A DNA stretch of 52,611 nucleotides, taken from assembly GCA_050261755.1 (NCBI GenBank), contig JBLNDP010000021.1, positions 1 through 52,611 of the forward strand, written 5' to 3'. Source of the DNA: Clostridia bacterium (GTDB lineage: Bacteria; Pseudomonadota; Gammaproteobacteria; Burkholderiales; SG8-39). Of the stretch, positions 49,308-52,611 are shown piece after piece. Position numbers and translations under genes: made by a program. The notes under the pieces were generated by a model that was not told the origin of the DNA, did not search any database, and worked only from the letters and a program-made list of their open reading frames with translations. The first letter of the stretch is position 1. Every line of letters begins with the position of its first letter.

Positions 49308-50810
49308 TTATGCGGATTCCTTGTTTTCGAACCAATGCGCGCGGGCGGCCATGATGAGCTTCTTCGACTTTTCCTCGTCCAGGCCGGTGATCTCCGCGAG
49401 CTCGTCGACCGCGAGGTCGCCGAGGTCGTCGCGCGTCTTGATGCCCTTCTCCGCCAGCTTGCCGGCGAGGCCGGCGTCCATGCCCTCGAGCTTGAGGAGC
49501 TCGGGGTCGACGCCTTCCATCTTCTCCTCGTTCGCGATCGCCGCGACCAGCAGCGCGTTACGGGCACGGTTGCGCAGCTCGTTCACCGTGTCCTCGTCGA
49601 ACGCCTCGATCTCGTTCAGCTCGTTGATCGGCACGTAGGCCACTTCCTCGAGCGTGGAGAAGCCCTCCTCGATGAGGATGTTCGCCACTTCCTCGTCGAC
49701 GTCGAGCTTCTCCATGAACTGCTGCTTGATCCGGTCGCCTTCCTCCTGCTGCTTCTTCTGCGACTCCTCCTCGGTCATCAGGTTGATCTGCCACCCGGTG
49801 AGCTCCGAGGCGAGGCGCACGTTCTGGCCGCTGCGGCCGATGGCGACCGCGAGGTTCTCCTCGTCGACCACCACATCCATCGCGTGCTTCTCCTCGTCCA
49901 CGACGATCGAGCTGACCTCCGCGGGCGCGAGCGCGCCGATCACGAACTGCGCGGGGTCGGCGGACCACAGCACGATGTCCACGCGCTCGCCGGCGAGCTC
50001 TTGAGTGACGGCCTGCACGCGGGAGCCGCGCATGCCGACGCAGGTGCCGATCGGGTCGATGCGCTTGTCGTTGGTGTGCACGGCGATCTTCGCCCGGATG
50101 CCCGGGTCGCGCGCCGCCGACTTGATCTCGAGCAGCCCTTCCTCGATCTCCGGCACCTCGAGCTCGAAGAGCTTCATGATGAACTGCGGCGCGGTGCGCG
50201 AGAGGATGAGCTGCGGGCCGCGCGCGGCGCGGTCGATCTTCATGACCCAGGCGCGCACGCGGTCGCCCACGCGCAGGTTCTCCTTGGGGATCATCTGCTC
50301 GCGCGGCAGGAGCGCCTCGAGCCGCCCGGACTCGATGATGGCCGAGCCCCGCTCCATGCGCTTCACCGTGCCGGTGACCAGCTCGTCGCCGCGGCCCAGG
50401 AAGTCGTTGAGGATCTGCTCGCGCTCGGCGTCGCGGATGCGCTGCAGGATGACCTGCTTCGCCGTCTGCGCGCCGATGCGGCCGAAGTCCACGTTGGGCA
50501 GCGGCTCCTCGACGAAGTCGCCGACCTTCAGGCCGGGGTCGCGCTTCTGCGCGTCCTCGATGTGGATCGAGTGCGGCACCGGCGTCTCCATGTCGTCGTC
50601 GGAGACCACCTTCCAGCGACGGAACGACTCGTAGTTGCCGGTGTTCTTGTCCACCGCCACGCGCACGTCGATGTCCTCGCTGTACTTCTTCTTCGTCGCC
50701 GAGGCGAGCGCCATCTCCAGCGCGCCGAAGACGATGTCGCGCGGCACGTTCTTCTCGCGCGCGAGCACGTCGACCAGCATCACCAGCTCCCTGTTCCCTG
50801 CCTGCTGCAT
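49308..50810 (-). CDS. nusA: transcription termination/antitermination factor NusA
   Basis: Track ORF 49308..50867. ATG 50810 gives [43 protein letters not shown], followed by S1, two KH domains and C-terminal AR repeats. An alternative GTG at 50825 follows GAGGA. Confidence 0.94.
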   Translation of the reverse strand: MQQAGNRELVMLVDVLAREKNVPRDIVFGALEMALASATKKKYSEDIDVRVAVDKNTGNYESFRRWKVVSDDDMETPVPHSIHIEDAQKRDPGLKVGDFVEEPLPNVDFGRIGAQTAKQVILQRIRDAEREQILNDFLGRGDELVTGTVKRMERGSAIIESGRLEALLPREQMIPKENLRVGDRVRAWVMKIDRAARGPQLILSRTAPQFIMKLFELEVPEIEEGLLEIKSAARDPGIRAKIAVHTNDKRIDPIGTCVGMRGSRVQAVTQELAGERVDIVLWSADPAQFVIGALAPAEVSSIVVDEEKHAMDVVVDEENLAVAIGRSGQNVRLASELTGWQINLMTEEESQKKQQEEGDRIKQQFMEKLDVDEEVANILIEEGFSTLEEVAYVPINELNEIEAFDEDTVNELRNRARNALLVAAIANEEKMEGVDPELLKLEGMDAGLAGKLAEKGIKTRDDLGDLAVDELAEITGLDEEKSKKLIMAARAHWFENKESA

Positions 50811-50832
50811 GTTCGCTACCGCCACTGTGTCC

Positions 50833-51267
50833 TCACAATTCGGGCACCAGCTTCGCCCGGTCGACATCGTCGATCGGCAGCCGGAGCGTCTGTCCTTCCA
50901 GTTCGATGCTCACGTTCCCTTGCTCTTCCCCGCGCAGCACGCCCACGAACTTGCGCCGCCCGGTCGCGTCCGGGGTGCGCATGCGCACCTCGGCCCGGTG
51001 CCCGGCGAAGCGCGCGAAGTCCGCGCGCTTGCGCAGCGGCCGGTCCAGCCCCGGCGAGGAAATCTCCAGCCGGTCGTAGTCGACGCCTTCCACTTCCAGG
51101 ACCCGGGAAAGCTGCCGGCTCACCGAGGTGCAGTCGTCGAGGGTCACGCCCGCCGGCTTGTCGATGAACACGCGCAGGAGGCGTCCGCCGTTCGACGACT
51201 GCACGTCGACCAGCTCGTACCCCATGCCGCTGACCACCGGCTCGATCTTCGCTTCGATTGCCGCCAT
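50833..51267 (-). CDS. rimP: ribosome maturation factor RimP
   Basis: Track ORF 50833..51294. The first ATG (51294) is the 5' arm of a terminator hairpin. ATG 51267 gives [22 protein letters not shown]..., matching the usual RimP N-terminal length, and the motif [12 protein letters not shown] is present. Confidence 0.9.
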   Translation of the reverse strand: MAAIEAKIEPVVSGMGYELVDVQSSNGGRLLRVFIDKPAGVTLDDCTSVSRQLSRVLEVEGVDYDRLEISSPGLDRPLRKRADFARFAGHRAEVRMRTPDATGRRKFVGVLRGEEQGNVSIELEGQTLRLPIDDVDRAKLVPEL

Positions 51268-51270
51268 ACA

Positions 51271-51294
51271 AACAAAAAATGGGCCGAAGCCCAT
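51271..51294 (-). terminator. intrinsic terminator after rluB / leader hairpin of the rimP-nusA-infB operon
   Basis: Minus-strand RNA reads AUGGGC-UUCG-GCCCAU (a C(UUCG)G tetraloop, 51294-51279) followed by UUUUUGUUUGU. It ends directly at the rimP ATG (51267). Confidence 0.8.
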
Positions 51295-51322
51295 CTCTGC
51301 AAACCCGCACTAAAGCTTTTGA

Positions 51323-51351
51323 ACTATAACAGCTTTTCAGTCCCTGGACAA
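51323..51351 (-). promoter_or_regulatory. candidate promoter for rimP-nusA-infB, overlapping the rluB 3' end
   Basis: On the minus strand: TTGTCC (51351-51346), a 17-nt spacer containing TG at 51331-51330 (extended -10), then TATAGT (51328-51323). It lies upstream of the hairpin at 51294-51279. Confidence 0.4.
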
Positions 51352-52200
51352 CTCCCGGACGAGGCTCGCGTCCAGCTCGCGCCACTGCCCCGGCGGCAGG
51401 TCGCGAGGAAGCTCTACGGCCCCGTAGCGCGTGCGCACGAGCTGGTTCACCTGCCCGCCGACCGCCTCGAAAAGCCGCCGCACCTCCCGGTTACGCCCCT
51501 CGCGCAGGCGGACCCGGTACCAGCGATTCGTTCCCGCGCCCCCACCGCTTTCGTCGATGGAGCTAAAGCGCGCCAACCCATCCTCGAGCTCCACCCCTTG
51601 CCGCAACCTTTCAAGGACTTCCGGAGCCAGCCGGCCATGAACGCGCGCGCGATATTCGCGCTCCACTTCGTAACGCGGGTGCATGAGGCGATTGGCGAGC
51701 TCGCCCGAATCCGTGAAGAGCAGCAGCCCCGAGGAATTGATGTCGAGCCGGCCCACCGAGACCCAGCGGCCCGGCGGCAGGCGGGAGAAGACCGTCGGCC
51801 TCCCCTCGGGGTCGTCGCGCGTGACGAGCTCGCCGACCGGCTTGTGATACGCGAGCACCCGGACGCGCGAAGCGGCTGAAAGGGTGATGGTTTTTCCATC
51901 GACGAGCAGGACGTCGGAAGGCTCGGCGCGATCGCCCAGCTTGGCTTTGCGGCCATTGACCGAGACACGCCCGGCTTCGATCCACATCTCGATCTCGCGG
52001 CGCGAGCCGAGGCCTGCGGCGGCCAGGACCTTTTGAATCCGCTCGGCTCTAGCCGGTGGTGCCGGTTCGCTCTTCTTCGCCGCTGACGGCGGCGTCGGCC
52101 GTGGGGCCTGAGGATTCGCCCGCGGGCTCAGCGGCTTCTTGTGCGGCTTCGCTTGCCACGGGCGCGGACTCGAGCTGGAGGGTCTGGGCGATTTCTTCAA
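51337..52200 (-). CDS. rluB: 23S rRNA pseudouridine(2605) synthase RluB
   Basis: 287-aa ORF with a TTG start. It has an S4 domain ([31 protein letters not shown]) and an RsuA-family catalytic motif ([20 protein letters not shown]). The N-terminal 50 aa form a basic Pro-rich extension that overlaps scpB. Confidence 0.85.
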   Translation of the reverse strand: MKKSPRPSSSSPRPWQAKPHKKPLSPRANPQAPRPTPPSAAKKSEPAPPARAERIQKVLAAAGLGSRREIEMWIEAGRVSVNGRKAKLGDRAEPSDVLLVDGKTITLSAASRVRVLAYHKPVGELVTRDDPEGRPTVFSRLPPGRWVSVGRLDINSSGLLLFTDSGELANRLMHPRYEVEREYRARVHGRLAPEVLERLRQGVELEDGLARFSSIDESGGGAGTNRWYRVRLREGRNREVRRLFEAVGGQVNQLVRTRYGAVELPRDLPPGQWRELDASLVRELSRD

Positions 52201-52611
52201 GCGGCGGCAGCTCCTGCAGAGAGCGCAGCCCCAGGTCGTCCAGGAACTTGCGCGTCGTGGCGTAAAGCGCCGGGCGCCCGGGCGTCTCGCGGTGGCCGAC
52301 GGTGTCGATCCAGCCGCGGTTCTCCAGGGTCTGGATGATCTGCGACGAGACGGCGACGCCGCGGATGTCCTCGATGTCTCCCCGGGTGACGGGCTGCCGG
52401 TAGGCGATGATCGCCAGCGTCTCCATGACGGCGCGAGAGTAGCGCGGCGGCTTCTCGGGCTCCAGGCGCTCCAGGTACGGCTGGAAGTCCGCGCGCGTCT
52501 GGAAGCGCCAGCCGCTCGCGAGGCTCACGAGCTCGATGGCACGGCCGGACTCGGCCCATTCCTGCTTCAGCTCCTCGAGGAGCTTGCGCAGCGTGTCGAC
52601 GTTCAGCTCCT
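52049..52611 (-). CDS. scpB: segregation and condensation protein B (5' end beyond the right edge)
   Basis: Track ORF 52049..52528. The frame stays open to the window edge (...[42 protein letters not shown]...). It contains the winged-helix region [26 protein letters not shown] and an acidic C-terminal tail. Confidence 0.87.
   Translation of the reverse strand, partial: ELNVDTLRKLLEELKQEWAESGRAIELVSLASGWRFQTRADFQPYLERLEPEKPPRYSRAVMETLAIIAYRQPVTRGDIEDIRGVAVSSQIIQTLENRGWIDTVGHRETPGRPALYATTRKFLDDLGLRSLQELPPLEEIAQTLQLESAPVASEAAQEAAEPAGESSGPTADAAVSGEEERTGTTG

Overview
This is a high-GC proteobacterial core-chromosome window that is almost entirely coding: about 53 protein genes, 3 tRNAs, and no intergenic gap longer than about 145 bp. 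The gene order looks beta-proteobacterial (inference from synteny only).

Gene content, left to right:
- A partial GDPD-family gene, then guaB-guaA on the minus strand.
- ratA-rnfH, divergent from smpB.
- ppsA and ppsR, divergent.
- A 16-gene co-directional array: rpsB-tsf-pyrH-frr-uppS-cdsA-dxr-rseP-bamA-skp-lpxD-fabZ-lpxA-lpxB-rnhB-TrmH-like.
- map-glnD.
- smc-zipA-ligA-galU-hpt-MTA/MTI phosphorylase-def.
- queF-dapC-dapD-pilU-like-dapE-prmB-2-hydroxyacid dehydrogenase.
- tRNA Pro-Arg-His, then dksA.
- scpB-rluB and rimP-nusA-infB-rbfA-truB-rpsO-pnp.

I see no mobile elements, CRISPR arrays, defence islands or obviously foreign segments. I do not find a convincing novel multi-gene system; this is an ordinary housekeeping region.

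The observations worth a second look are fine-scale:
- rbfA lacks any canonical start codon upstream of its conserved N-terminus.
- scpB and rluB overlap out of frame by 152 nt.
- An orphan PilU-type ATPase is wedged into the dap operon.
- The ppsA/ppsR divergent spacer is only 20 bp.
- A C(UUCG)G terminator hairpin sits directly in front of the rimP start and may act as a nusA-operon attenuator.
- The rpsB and pnp leaders are structured.
- Several genes lack a Shine-Dalgarno sequence and may be leaderless.
- Several convergent gene pairs share or abut their stop codons.

Many of the longest ORFs in the supplied track are antisense or out-of-frame artefacts of high GC content and are rejected.
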